From positions 1,818 to 65,817 of the IMG/VR virus record IMGVR_UViG_3300033978_000217: a DNA stretch of 64,000 nucleotides. The stretch is one strand, 5' to 3'. Position 1 is the stretch's first letter, and each line of letters begins with the position of its first letter. The translations under genes were made by a program, and so were the position numbers. Below are positions 9,965-19,860 of this stretch, one piece after another. The notes beneath the pieces were generated by a model, which saw only the letters and a list, made by a program, of their open reading frames with translations, did no database searches and was not told where the DNA came from. Source of the stretch: a virus (lineage: Duplodnaviria; Caudoviricetes).

Positions 9965-11197
9965 ATGGCTACAAATCTTATCTTTAACCTTTCTACAAAA
10001 AAGTATCAAGGTGCAACATCTCCCTCTGCAACTATTTACGCAAGAGTATACGACCCAGCAGGTAATCTAATTTTAGATAAAAGTGCTTTAAGCAACGCAT
10101 TTATTACAGCGTCAACTACCTCTGCGTTTTACAACTTGCCTTTGGACACATCTTCTAATGTTTTGCAAGGTGCTTACACGTTTGAGTACAGCACAGTAGC
10201 AGGCATGGGTTCTGGAGTAACTACAGATGTATACAACTTTTTAGGAGTTGATATTGCCTGCCTAGAGTTTAATGTAACTAACGATTGCAACTTTTATCCT
10301 AACGGACAAATCACAGCCACAGACACTACGAATTATGGAGATTGGACTGTTACGAACAAGAGTATAAAACTTTATTTTCCTAATGGATTAAGTCCTGCTC
10401 CAATTGCTCCTTACATTGAAACAACAACAGCATCTACTCTTGTAGTTAACACTCTTGCTACAGGGATGTGGACAGCAATATTGACAACGGACTTGTCAAT
10501 CACTCAAAACGACAATCTTGAAGTAATTACAGAGTTAAATAAGACTTTAAACCATAACGTAGCTTGTAACGCTCAGTTATGTAGTGTAAATAATGCACTT
10601 GACCAAATTACTGCGGCATATGCAGCTGACGTGGCTTGTGGATCAACAACTCCTCGTTACGCTCAAGAATTAACTTTAGCCAATGCTTACTACACTCAAT
10701 ACCAAATTGAAAGAGCGTGTGGGGACACTCTTGCGGCCGCTGCCTACGCTGAGAAGATTACTAACCTGGTTGGTCAGTCGAGTTCTTCTTGCAACGGTTC
10801 TTGTGGTTGTAGTAGCAATAACTGTAGTTGCGATACCACTTGCGGTTGCAGCGGAACTGATTCTACTCCTCAATGGGTTAATAATACGACTAGCGAATCA
10901 GGATACAAATCATATGTAGCGTTGATGTCTCAGACAGGAACTGCTGCTCCTACTGCTGTTGAACTAGAAAATAGTTTAGGAAATATTGTTTGGACTAGAA
11001 ATTCAATAGGTGTATACTACGGAACTCTTACTGGAGCGTTTCAATCAGCAAAAACATTTGCTAGAGTTAATTCCTCAGTTAATTTTGGAGCAACTGTAAG
11101 TTGCTATAGATTAAATGATAATGTCATCGTGTTAACATCTGTGGCTAGTGATTCTCAATTGGCAAACAATCCTATAGAAATTAGAGTTTATAACTAA
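9965..11197 (+). CDS. Putative virion structural protein with a Cys-rich linker
   Basis: T/S/N-rich beta character, a CxxxCxC cluster and a distinct C-terminal domain (YKSYVALMSQTGTAAP). Confidence 0.55.
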   Translation: MATNLIFNLSTKKYQGATSPSATIYARVYDPAGNLILDKSALSNAFITASTTSAFYNLPLDTSSNVLQGAYTFEYSTVAGMGSGVTTDVYNFLGVDIACLEFNVTNDCNFYPNGQITATDTTNYGDWTVTNKSIKLYFPNGLSPAPIAPYIETTTASTLVVNTLATGMWTAILTTDLSITQNDNLEVITELNKTLNHNVACNAQLCSVNNALDQITAAYAADVACGSTTPRYAQELTLANAYYTQYQIERACGDTLAAAAYAEKITNLVGQSSSSCNGSCGCSSNNCSCDTTCGCSGTDSTPQWVNNTTSESGYKSYVALMSQTGTAAPTAVELENSLGNIVWTRNSIGVYYGTLTGAFQSAKTFARVNSSVNFGATVSCYRLNDNVIVLTSVASDSQLANNPIEIRVYN

Positions 11198-11206
11198 TAG
11201 AAGATT

Positions 11207-11956
11207 ATGAATCTTAACGACATACTAAACCAAGTTTACAACAAGATAGGTAAGGATGCTTATGGCAACCTTATTACCCCCGATATTTATAACGAGGCTA
11301 TTGAGTATGTCAACATAGATAAGATCAATGACTTTCTAGAGGTGTACGAAGAGAACCAAGAGATTACTGATAACCTACGTCCCTTCATAGTTACACTTGG
11401 GGATAATGGAATCACTCCACTTCCCCTCGACTCTTATGGATACGGAATTCTTCCTTCTGATTATTTAAGATACGGAAGAGCGAGTCGTTATGATTACGAG
11501 AACACTCCAACCGGATCTAATCAGATTTATCGTCATGTTGAGATGTTGTCTAACAAGGATTTTGCATACAGACTTTCGACATCTTTATTCTCACCAAGTT
11601 TAGCGAGACCTGTAGCGACAATCCAAAACCAAAAGATTTTAGTTAGACCACAAGGCATACCTACAATTAACTTGACATATGTTAGATACCCAAATACTCC
11701 TGTGTTTGATTACGATATCATAACAGCGACAGGAATGCCATATTATTTACCTCCCGGGACTACTCACAGTAACTCTGCTACATTAACTTGTAACCCAAAC
11801 TTCTCTCCTGGTGACCCTAGTGAGAGTGTAGAATTTGAATATACTGAAGATGTCTTGAACGACATTATCAACGAGTTGACTAAATACTTTATGATTAATC
11901 TTAAAGACCTTAATTCACTCGGTGTTTTAGAACTTGAAAAAGGATTAATGCCATGA
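11207..11956 (+). CDS. Putative tail ring/adaptor protein
   Basis: MNLNDIL.., LPSDYL and LTYVRYP motifs; size and position fit crAss-like ring proteins. Confidence 0.6.
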   Translation: MNLNDILNQVYNKIGKDAYGNLITPDIYNEAIEYVNIDKINDFLEVYEENQEITDNLRPFIVTLGDNGITPLPLDSYGYGILPSDYLRYGRASRYDYENTPTGSNQIYRHVEMLSNKDFAYRLSTSLFSPSLARPVATIQNQKILVRPQGIPTINLTYVRYPNTPVFDYDIITATGMPYYLPPGTTHSNSATLTCNPNFSPGDPSESVEFEYTEDVLNDIINELTKYFMINLKDLNSLGVLELEKGLMP

Positions 11957-12546
11957 CGAAAAGACAACTGATAGAATTGATACAGGAGCGTCTTGCTTCA
12001 GGCGATGTTCCAAACGATATCTTAGGGAGGTATAAGTACAATACTGTCGCTGCTCTTTTGGATATTATTTTCCAAGAAGCTTCAACAGCGGATAATGAGT
12101 TGACTCAAAATATGGCAACTCCTTATGTAGTTAGTGTGGCTTGTGCCAATGGTAAGTACACTAGCACATTGCCTGTGTCTCCTATAGCAGGAAACAAGAG
12201 CGTGAAGTATGCGACTGACGATTGTTGCAACAACTACTTTGCTCGTCAGACCGAGGATCAAAACATCTTCTTGAAGACAATCAAGAACATGGCAAAGCCT
12301 GAGTTTTATGTTAGAGGAAGACAAGTTAACTGGACAGGCAAACCTCTCTCAGACAATATTACATTCTACATCATCCCATCTTTTTTAGATTCAGCAGAAG
12401 ACGATGAGGTTGTTATGCCAACGGCAATAGGCCCTATCTTTTCTCGTGTTATTGAATTAATCAGAGCGACAGATGTAAGACCTGAAGAAGTTATTAATAA
12501 TACGGTTGAGGACAACACTCCTAGACCTGCTAACTACTCTGTATAA
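11953..12546 (+). CDS. Putative tail ring protein
   Basis: Coupled ATGA start; lies in the tail module. Confidence 0.5.
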   Translation: MTKRQLIELIQERLASGDVPNDILGRYKYNTVAALLDIIFQEASTADNELTQNMATPYVVSVACANGKYTSTLPVSPIAGNKSVKYATDDCCNNYFARQTEDQNIFLKTIKNMAKPEFYVRGRQVNWTGKPLSDNITFYIIPSFLDSAEDDEVVMPTAIGPIFSRVIELIRATDVRPEEVINNTVEDNTPRPANYSV

Positions 12547-13292
12547 TGGAAGGTACTCCAATTAAAAATATCGAATATGTTGTTCAATCTTCTTTGAACA
12601 GGGTTAAGGGACAGACGGCTGAAATTCCTCGTGTGGAACAGATTGCTATCGAGTGGATGACAGAAGTTGTGAGAGGAACTACAGCATTTCCTTGTATGAA
12701 GGTTGCTCACTTGCGAGTGAATAGTTTAATGCAGGCAGCTCTTCCTGGAGACTATATGAGATATTCAAAGATTGCTTTGAACTACGGAGGTCGATTAATT
12801 ACTTTAGGATTGGATGTTAACATGAACATTCCAACTACAATGCAGGCTGCGAATTTTGAGCAAGTAAATAATAATGCGGAATCTACTAATCAAGGTGTGT
12901 TTTTTATTAACCACACATGGAGAGGAACTTATTACCCTGCGCTTTTCGCATTGGGGGGTGGTTTTAATGAGGCTTATTACAGAATTGATCCTACTAATAC
13001 TTTTATTCAATTGAGTAATGGTGTTGATGGAGGAGAAGTTGTGTTGGAATATTTAAGCACAGGAGTGGACGTGAACTCTCAAACTCTTGTCCCCCCCTAT
13101 TACATCGAGCCAATGAGAAATTACATCATTTGGCAATTAGCGGAATTTGAACCTCAAAAATATCCTGTTAACGCAAAGGACAGAGAGCGTATTTATACAG
13201 AGTCTATGGCAGAAGCAGCGATGGCTCAAGGAAATACAATTGATGAGATTTTGGATGCATACTACTCTGCTCCTGGACTAAAACTACGATAA
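12546..13292 (+). CDS. Putative tail ring protein
   Basis: LPGDYMRYSKI and VVLEYLS motifs, similar in pattern to the 11207 product. Confidence 0.55.
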   Translation: MEGTPIKNIEYVVQSSLNRVKGQTAEIPRVEQIAIEWMTEVVRGTTAFPCMKVAHLRVNSLMQAALPGDYMRYSKIALNYGGRLITLGLDVNMNIPTTMQAANFEQVNNNAESTNQGVFFINHTWRGTYYPALFALGGGFNEAYYRIDPTNTFIQLSNGVDGGEVVLEYLSTGVDVNSQTLVPPYYIEPMRNYIIWQLAEFEPQKYPVNAKDRERIYTESMAEAAMAQGNTIDEILDAYYSAPGLKLR

Positions 13293-13295
13293 GAT

Positions 13296-16200
13296 ATGTA
13301 TCAACAAGGTGTCTTTTTTTACGGAGGTATGAATACAGACGATGAGGATCGTCTTATACCTAATGGAGATTATAGATACGCAGCTTATTCTCGTAACTAT
13401 GGGGTAAATACTCCTTTGGAAGGCGCGATACAGTCTATGACTGGAAATTCTATCAGAGAAAATACAAATCTTCCCACAGGTGTTAATATTGTTATCGGGT
13501 CTTGTGAAGACATAGAGCATAAGGCGATTATCTTATTTGTATGGAATGATTTAGATAATCACTCTATTTGGAGATATGAAGTAGAAAATTTTACTTACAC
13601 ATTAATATTGCAAGACGCTATATTAAACTTCAAAAAGAGTAATCAAATATATCACGCGGCTGTTGTGAACAACTTGCTGTATTGGACTGATAATTATTTT
13701 GGCCAATATGTAGATAATGATTTTAACCCTCCTCGTAAGATTAATATTGAAAAGGCAATATTATATACTTTCTCAGGAGGAACAGATCCTAATGGATACT
13801 CTGAAATTACATTCAACAACTTAGATTGGATTAAACACCCACCTCTATTCTCTCCGACATTTGTATACGGCACAGATATAACCGAAAATTCTAACAACCT
13901 AAAAAATAAGTTGTTTCAATTCCGTTATCAGTATGTGTATGATGATAATGAAGAGTCGGCATGGTCTCCAATATCTGAATTAGTTCTACCTAACTACTCT
14001 GAGTATATTAATCAGACAGTAAATATCGACCCTTATTTAGACAACACAATAAAGGTTGATATTGAGACGGGTTCATCAATTGTTCGTTTAATTCGTGTGG
14101 CATACCGTATTGGAAATACAGGAGAATTCTTTTTATATAAAGAATACGATAAAAATCAATTAGTATGGTCTGACTATTCAACAGAAACAATTGACTTTAA
14201 AAACGAAACTTCTGGACCTGCAATAAGCAACTCTGAAAGGAATTACGACCTAATACCTCAGATTGCAAAAACAATTGAGTATTTGCCCTCTAATGAGTTT
14301 GCTATAGGTAATTATATCGAAGGTTATGATAAGCAAGAGATAACCGACAGCGATGTTGCTTTTTCTGTTTCAAATTATCCCATAGAAAACACAGCTTTCA
14401 CTAACCCATTAGCAAGTTTTGCTTGTTATGCAAGTGGAGTTACTAATATGCTTTTCATTTCGTTTAATCGTATAGGTTCAATTGTGAAGTATAGGTATGA
14501 GCCTGGTGATGTTATAATTCTTTCTTTAAAGGATTTTTTTGGACCTGCTTTGGCATCCACAGTAAATCCAGACAGAACTATATACTTTACAGTCCCCTAT
14601 ATAAATCCAACGACATACCCAACAGATTTATTAAAAATAAATCAACTGAATGTTGAACTGCAAAACTATTTGTATTCAATAGGTATTTCATCTACTGTTG
14701 TAGCCGCTGGTTATTTTGATCCTACTGTAACATGGACAACCTTACGAATTTTAAATAAAACTTGGTTCGATAGAACTGAATCTCAATTAAGTACTGATAC
14801 AAAAGGATCTGTTTACGTTCTTAGAAACAATAATTGTAAAAGAACATTTAAATCAGGAGCAAAACACGAGTTTGCTTTTCAGTATTACGATAGAGCAAAT
14901 CGTGATGGAACTGTATTGACTGTTCCTGCTGGAGAGATTTACGTTCCTTTTAATACGGATTATACAGACAATCAATTAAATCAACCTATTGGTTTAAATC
15001 GAAAACCTTATTATAGTAACATAAATTTATTAATTTCCTCCACATATCAACCGCCAATTTGGGCAGATACTTATCAAATACTTTACAAGCCATCTACTAA
15101 CATTTTAAATTTTCAGCAAAGGTCTGTAAAACAAATTATTTTTAATCCTGATACAACGGCAAAACTTGTTTTAGAGAATTACTACAAAAATAATATTTTA
15201 GGAGCTTCTATAAATCAAACCCCATCCAAGGGAGATTTTGTTAGGTTTGTTAGAAAAAGAGCCTTATTCAATAGAGATTTAGTGACGTTAAATTTATTTA
15301 ACGCTAATTTTTCATCTGTTTCTGTGCCTTATGCAGGTCCTTATTCATTAAATCTAAACACCTACATAAACGAAACATACGATCCAAATGGAACAATGTC
15401 TTTAGGTGTATTTACTGCTCCTTCAACTGCAAATTATAGAGTTAGTGGTAATGCGAACATTTCTGTCACTTATGTAGGTACTGCAACTATAGCTACTGTA
15501 AGTATTATTGCTAAAGTCAATGGTGCTACTGAGTATTTTGTTTGTGGGTCAACTACTATCTCTCCACCTAATACATTTACATTTGCAGATTTAAATAATA
15601 CTAGTTCAGATATACCTTTAACTGCATCAGATACTGTACAATTTATTTGTCGTGTAACACTTACTGGAGCTTCTCCAGCAACAATAACAGTTACAAGCAG
15701 TAATACATCTTATAACATTTCACGAATAGGAGTTGATTATGATGAGTCGCAATACTACCCGGAATATTTAACTCAAGAATCTAATTTAGATCAAGAGTTA
15801 AATGTTATGAGCTATGATCCGGCAGGTGGTCCTAATGGTGAAGAGGTAATTGTTTTAAATAATTTTGATCCAAACTTATTAGGTGAATATCTAGTATTTA
15901 GTGGAACAAATCCAAACCGAGCTATTTGCACAGGTGGATTTCAAATTGAGATTTACACTCCTAAGGCTGAAAGTGAAAACGACCCTTGGTATGAAGTGGG
16001 TGTTGAGTTTCCTATATTAAACCCTCACACAAACACAAGACGCCATGGTGGAGATGTAAATCAAGTATACGGAATTACCGAAGGGGAAGTTTATTTAAAT
16101 TGCGGAGATGTTTATATCCGTCAAAGAATCATGGCTACAGGATACGATTATGAAGGAGGATTTGAAAATGTTGGAGATGCTAACGACACTACTGCTGCCT

Positions 16201-17663
16201 GGTTTTGTGAAGATCCCCACTACTCTGACTTTTATGTTTCAAACTGGAACAACAAAGGTCGTGTTGGATTATTTTCTCCTTTTGCTAAACAACAACACCT
16301 AAAGGCATCAATTTATCACACAAACGCTCTTATCGATAACACTCAAATAAATGGTTTGAGCAGAGTTGAGTTTTTCAACAATGTAGCATTAAAAGATGAG
16401 CATGGGGGTATTAATAGGTTAATGCAAATTGGAGACACTCTCAAGGCATTCCAAGATAAAAAGATTAGTTCTGTTTACATCCAAAAGACATTTGCTCTTA
16501 ACGGAGACGGAACTAATAACGTAATCCTTTCCGACAAGACTTTTGCAGGTGTTCGTCCTCATGACGATGACTACGGATGTATACACCCAGGATCTATTTC
16601 AAAAGTTGAGAACAACATATTCTTCTACGACTTTTACAACGCCGCTGTAGTTCAAGCAACTCAAGGTGGGTTAATTAATATATGTGATGGTGAGCGTAAG
16701 TTTTCTGTTGGTATTAGAAATTATACTAATAGTATTAGAATGTACGAATCAGATAATTCAGAGCCTATTAACATAACTTCTCACATCAATAGGTCAAATG
16801 GCGAATATATTTTATACGCAGGAACTAATTTAAGCCAAATTCCTAATAGTTCAGAGATTACAGAATTTATAATCGCTGTAAAAAACAAAGTGATTTTAAG
16901 TGGTGATTACACCTCTATATTTACTCCAGGAAGTATTTTTACAATAAGTGGTGCTAACAACCCTGGTAATGACGGAACTTACACTGTAGACACTTCGTCT
17001 TATGACGCAGGTGATGATGAGACAACTGTTTTTGTAGACCCTACTTTTGCAGGTGGAGAAAATCCAAGCGGAGGAACTATTACAATAATGCCTGCCGCAG
17101 ATATTTCCACAGAGGCAATCATTTACTCGTTTAACAGACAGAGATGGTCTTCTTATATGAATCACCCTGTTTTGTGGGCAACTCAATTTGGTAACAGAGC
17201 GTATGCCGTTGGAGGTGTTGCTACAGCCAACATGGGTAAATTGTATGAGGAAGATGGGGGGGACGAATTAACTTTCTTTAGTTCGGTTTATAACCAACAA
17301 GTTAGATTTCTATTTAATGCTAACCCAACAATAGTTAAACGATTCTTGACGTTTATGACTCAGTCCAATATGCCTTTTCAAGTTCAGGCTATTATACCTC
17401 CAACTAATCAATACCCAGGTGGTATGTTCACTAATATGGTAATTGATAACTTTAGGAATCAAGAGTCTTACTATGTCTCTAAATATTTTAGAGATATGTC
17501 AGATCCTAATCCATTTTTACCAAACGCATTGAAACGATTAAACGGAAGAGAGTTAAGGGGATATGTTTTAGACCATAGTTTGACAAATACATCGACAACA
17601 AATAAGATGATTTTGTTCTCGGTAAATGTCAACTTCGTGCCTTCAGAACCTATCCTACAATAA
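13296..17663 (+). CDS. Tail stabilization/muzzle protein (P22 gp10-like)
   Basis: 1455 aa with GGMNTD..LIPNGDYRYA, LLYWTD..PPRKINI and YGCIHPGS motifs; C-terminal GRELRG. Confidence 0.7.
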   Translation: MYQQGVFFYGGMNTDDEDRLIPNGDYRYAAYSRNYGVNTPLEGAIQSMTGNSIRENTNLPTGVNIVIGSCEDIEHKAIILFVWNDLDNHSIWRYEVENFTYTLILQDAILNFKKSNQIYHAAVVNNLLYWTDNYFGQYVDNDFNPPRKINIEKAILYTFSGGTDPNGYSEITFNNLDWIKHPPLFSPTFVYGTDITENSNNLKNKLFQFRYQYVYDDNEESAWSPISELVLPNYSEYINQTVNIDPYLDNTIKVDIETGSSIVRLIRVAYRIGNTGEFFLYKEYDKNQLVWSDYSTETIDFKNETSGPAISNSERNYDLIPQIAKTIEYLPSNEFAIGNYIEGYDKQEITDSDVAFSVSNYPIENTAFTNPLASFACYASGVTNMLFISFNRIGSIVKYRYEPGDVIILSLKDFFGPALASTVNPDRTIYFTVPYINPTTYPTDLLKINQLNVELQNYLYSIGISSTVVAAGYFDPTVTWTTLRILNKTWFDRTESQLSTDTKGSVYVLRNNNCKRTFKSGAKHEFAFQYYDRANRDGTVLTVPAGEIYVPFNTDYTDNQLNQPIGLNRKPYYSNINLLISSTYQPPIWADTYQILYKPSTNILNFQQRSVKQIIFNPDTTAKLVLENYYKNNILGASINQTPSKGDFVRFVRKRALFNRDLVTLNLFNANFSSVSVPYAGPYSLNLNTYINETYDPNGTMSLGVFTAPSTANYRVSGNANISVTYVGTATIATVSIIAKVNGATEYFVCGSTTISPPNTFTFADLNNTSSDIPLTASDTVQFICRVTLTGASPATITVTSSNTSYNISRIGVDYDESQYYPEYLTQESNLDQELNVMSYDPAGGPNGEEVIVLNNFDPNLLGEYLVFSGTNPNRAICTGGFQIEIYTPKAESENDPWYEVGVEFPILNPHTNTRRHGGDVNQVYGITEGEVYLNCGDVYIRQRIMATGYDYEGGFENVGDANDTTAAWFCEDPHYSDFYVSNWNNKGRVGLFSPFAKQQHLKASIYHTNALIDNTQINGLSRVEFFNNVALKDEHGGINRLMQIGDTLKAFQDKKISSVYIQKTFALNGDGTNNVILSDKTFAGVRPHDDDYGCIHPGSISKVENNIFFYDFYNAAVVQATQGGLINICDGERKFSVGIRNYTNSIRMYESDNSEPINITSHINRSNGEYILYAGTNLSQIPNSSEITEFIIAVKNKVILSGDYTSIFTPGSIFTISGANNPGNDGTYTVDTSSYDAGDDETTVFVDPTFAGGENPSGGTITIMPAADISTEAIIYSFNRQRWSSYMNHPVLWATQFGNRAYAVGGVATANMGKLYEEDGGDELTFFSSVYNQQVRFLFNANPTIVKRFLTFMTQSNMPFQVQAIIPPTNQYPGGMFTNMVIDNFRNQESYYVSKYFRDMSDPNPFLPNALKRLNGRELRGYVLDHSLTNTSTTNKMILFSVNVNFVPSEPILQ

Positions 17664-17670
17664 AAATTTG

Positions 17671-17678
17671 TATATTTG
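17671..17678 (+). promoter_or_regulatory. Bacteroidota -7 promoter element
   Basis: TTTG-TATATTTG just before ATG17694. Confidence 0.6.
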
Positions 17679-17693
17679 ATAAAAATTTAAGTC

Positions 17694-18323
17694 ATGGCAG
17701 TAGGAGGAGTATTAACAGCAATACAAATTGCAGAAGCGTTAGGCACAGCAGGTTTAGGTGCTTCCCAACTTATTAAAGCAAAGAAGCTTCAAAATAAACT
17801 TGGAGATAGACCTGTCTATGACTATACACAAGCAAAGGCAGCTAACCAAGGTCAACTTGCTTTGGCTCAAGGTGAAGCTCCTGGACTTGCTCAACAAATG
17901 CAAGGAGTAAACCAAACACTTGCGAATACAACGCAAAGTATTGCTAATATGGCACCGTCAGGAGCAGCAGGCTTAGGTGCTTTGGTTCAAGCAGGTGCAG
18001 GTACTCAACAAACCGTTGCTGATCTTCTTGCAAATGCTGCTCAACAAAAGTTAGGTCTTCAACAGAATTATCTTCAAGGAAAAGCAGGTCTCCAACAATA
18101 TGCTGACACAGCGTTCCAAGTTAACCAAATGGACCCTTACACACAGAAGGTAAACGAAATTGCTGCTATGAAACAAGCTGGTCTTCAAAATATTGGAGGT
18201 GCTGTAAGTGCTGGTGCTGACATGGCATCAGCCGCACAAGCTGCTGAATCTTTAAAACAAGGCAACATAAAAGACAGCGAGGCTATAAAGAAGTTATTAG
18301 AAGAGTTATTAGGTAAAAAATAA
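17694..18323 (+). CDS. Putative ejection/pilot protein
   Basis: A/G/Q-rich helical protein following the tail genes. Confidence 0.55.
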   Translation: MAVGGVLTAIQIAEALGTAGLGASQLIKAKKLQNKLGDRPVYDYTQAKAANQGQLALAQGEAPGLAQQMQGVNQTLANTTQSIANMAPSGAAGLGALVQAGAGTQQTVADLLANAAQQKLGLQQNYLQGKAGLQQYADTAFQVNQMDPYTQKVNEIAAMKQAGLQNIGGAVSAGADMASAAQAAESLKQGNIKDSEAIKKLLEELLGKK

Positions 18324-18332
18324 ACATAAGAG

Positions 18333-19805
18333 ATGGCATTAACACCGGGATTATATGTACCTCAAGGTCAAGTAGGAACAGGCTCAGCTTATGTGCATGA
18401 GATTAAAGATAGGTCAGATTATTTAGACACTATAGCTAAGGCTGCTGAAAAACAAAGAGTTAATCAAGAGAAGCAGATGGCCAAGCTTAAAGGTTTTGAC
18501 TACGGAAAAGTAGTAGACCAAACAATGAAGGAGCATATATCTAAAAAATATAAAGAGGGTCTTGAAACTTTTGCGGCAATCACAGCGGCAGGTGGAGATA
18601 TCTCAAATATATCTACCCCAGAAGGTCAAGCATTTAGTGTGTGGGAAAATCAAATAAAAGATGAGGCCGATACAGCTGCTCTTGCCGAAACAAAAAAACA
18701 AGAGTTTAGAAATAAAGTTGATAACCCTCAATATGGCGTTGATCCAATGATGGTATATACGGTAATGGAGGATTACGATAATGCCCAAACACCTGATGAG
18801 AAGTTAGCCGCCACTCAAAGTTTTGATCCTACACTTTTAAGAGACTTTCCGTATAACGATTGGATTAGTGAAGAGATTGATAAAGCTGAAAAGGATAAAG
18901 AAATAGTTAAACTAGATAAAGACTCAGCTGATTACCAAAACGTTTTCAATGGTAAATTAAAAGAAATCCCACTTTTATTAGCCTCTAAAGAAGGTTATAA
19001 GATAGCTAAAAAACAATGGGAAATAAGACATAGCAAAAACGAAGAAGGTTTTGGTCAAAATTCTTTTGATGAATTTTTAGGCGAGAGAATTGAGAACGAG
19101 AGAAAGATGAGAGAAAATAAGCAACAGGCTGCTAGAACCTCTATAAGTGTGACTCAAAATGTAGGTGGAGACAGCACCCCTGACAATTCAAAAATAACTC
19201 CTGTTCAAAATACTCAAGGAATAGCAATCAATATTCCCGACCTCAAGGATGCGTTTGAAGGAAAGAGTCCAAGCCACCAAGCGTTTTGGGTTTATGGCCC
19301 TTCAGGTGTGCCTAGGTTAGTTTTGAAAGGTAAGGGTGATGACCCAGCTGCATATGGACTTGACGGAACTGTGGCACAAGCTGACGAGAGCGATACAAAT
19401 GGTATTAAAATAAGGGGTGAGATGTTGTGGAAGTTTAGAATACCTACACAAGGTCAAGTATTTATGCCTCAAGATAAAGCTGATTTATCTACTAATTTTA
19501 AAAACGCTAACTATTTTGATGAAAACGGCAAGGTTACAGGAGGAGAGCCTGCTGATATGTACCAAGATCAGTTGGGTAACTTGTGGTTAGACTTAGTTGA
19601 CGAAAAAGGAGGTCTTAAACACATTATAGTTGACGTTGGGGGTTATACTCAAACCTACACCGATCAGTACGGAAACGTAGTAGAAAACCCTTTGAAGACA
19701 ATAGCTAAAAAGAACCAAGCGGCTATTGAAAAGTCATTGGGAATATCAAGTTTCTCTGAATTTGCCAACAAGTATTTTTACAACAACATGAACATAACAA
19801 AGTAG
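18333..19805 (+). CDS. Putative internal virion (cargo) protein
   Basis: 490-aa charged protein between the pilot-like and giant genes. Confidence 0.5.
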   Translation: MALTPGLYVPQGQVGTGSAYVHEIKDRSDYLDTIAKAAEKQRVNQEKQMAKLKGFDYGKVVDQTMKEHISKKYKEGLETFAAITAAGGDISNISTPEGQAFSVWENQIKDEADTAALAETKKQEFRNKVDNPQYGVDPMMVYTVMEDYDNAQTPDEKLAATQSFDPTLLRDFPYNDWISEEIDKAEKDKEIVKLDKDSADYQNVFNGKLKEIPLLLASKEGYKIAKKQWEIRHSKNEEGFGQNSFDEFLGERIENERKMRENKQQAARTSISVTQNVGGDSTPDNSKITPVQNTQGIAINIPDLKDAFEGKSPSHQAFWVYGPSGVPRLVLKGKGDDPAAYGLDGTVAQADESDTNGIKIRGEMLWKFRIPTQGQVFMPQDKADLSTNFKNANYFDENGKVTGGEPADMYQDQLGNLWLDLVDEKGGLKHIIVDVGGYTQTYTDQYGNVVENPLKTIAKKNQAAIEKSLGISSFSEFANKYFYNNMNITK

Positions 19806-19835
19806 AAATAAGGCTTGTCTATTAAATGAAATTTG

Positions 19836-19843
19836 TATATTTG
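19836..19843 (+). promoter_or_regulatory. Bacteroidota -7 promoter element
   Basis: TTTG-TATATTTG, 17 nt before ATG19861. Confidence 0.6.
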
Positions 19844-19860
19844 TGCATACAATTTTTCAT

